From Yuukianura sp. NJ FZ-2021 (Eukaryota): a stretch of DNA of 64,000 nt. Below, one piece after another: positions 63,655 through 64,000 of this stretch (position 1 is the stretch's first letter; every line of letters begins with the position of its first letter). Position numbers and translations under genes: made by a program. Below the pieces are notes generated by a model, which saw only the letters and a list, made by a program, of their open reading frames with translations, ran no database searches and had not been told where the DNA came from. Location: NCBI GenBank assembly GCA_046563655.1, contig CM102283.1, positions 3,844,001-3,908,000 of the forward strand, written 5' to 3'.

Positions 63655-64000
63655 TACCTAGTCGTTGTCTACCACAAAAAGTGTTGATTAGGAACAGTAA
63701 TTAACATATGTTTGATTAAGTTAGTACCTTGTATTGGATAATACTGTTTGTGCTTAGTTGACCTTTGACCGCAACCGACCACGAAGAGACTTCAAAATGA
63801 CAACTGAGGCAGGACTCTCAGTCTCAGCTGATCAACTGGTACTCGATAAGGGATAGACGTCTATTGGGTATGGTTGGAGTCCTAGAATACGCAAGTTAGA
63901 TTCGTTAGTGAAACGTTTGAACACAAAATTTACTGCAAAAGTGATTTTGAATGAAGAATGTGAACTAATTGGTGAATCAATTGAACGATTAACGTTCTTC

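Overview
Gene-dense eukaryotic DNA with short AT-rich GT-AG introns. It is most likely a compact arthropod genome, judging from the MADDE-type troponin I with a mutually exclusive exon cluster. The first ~14.7 kb is a degenerate accessory block. It holds a disrupted KH-domain/UPF1-like SF1 helicase gene, an inverted intron-retaining partial duplicate of the TXNL1 gene found ~22 kb downstream, a frameshifted and truncated Rod/KNTC1-like gene, and several non-autonomous transposons. Two of those transposons carry tRNA-derived sequence. The rest is a run of apparently intact genes: EMC10, a CARD+Death adaptor, MLF, Lifeguard/TMBIM, RPUSD1, TBL3/UTP13, TXNL1, MITD1, La/SSB, a Sushi-mucin membrane protein, two paralogous Cys-motif (DM4/DM12-like) proteins, a kinase-only non-RD tyrosine-kinase-like gene, a LIV-1 ZIP transporter, an unknown coiled-coil gene, GCP4 with a nested antisense membrane-protein gene, troponin I with four 101-nt mutually exclusive exons, eRF1 and DNAJB12/14. 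Gene calls come from manual motif recognition and hand splicing; no database search was run. CDS coordinates are start-to-stop spans that include introns.
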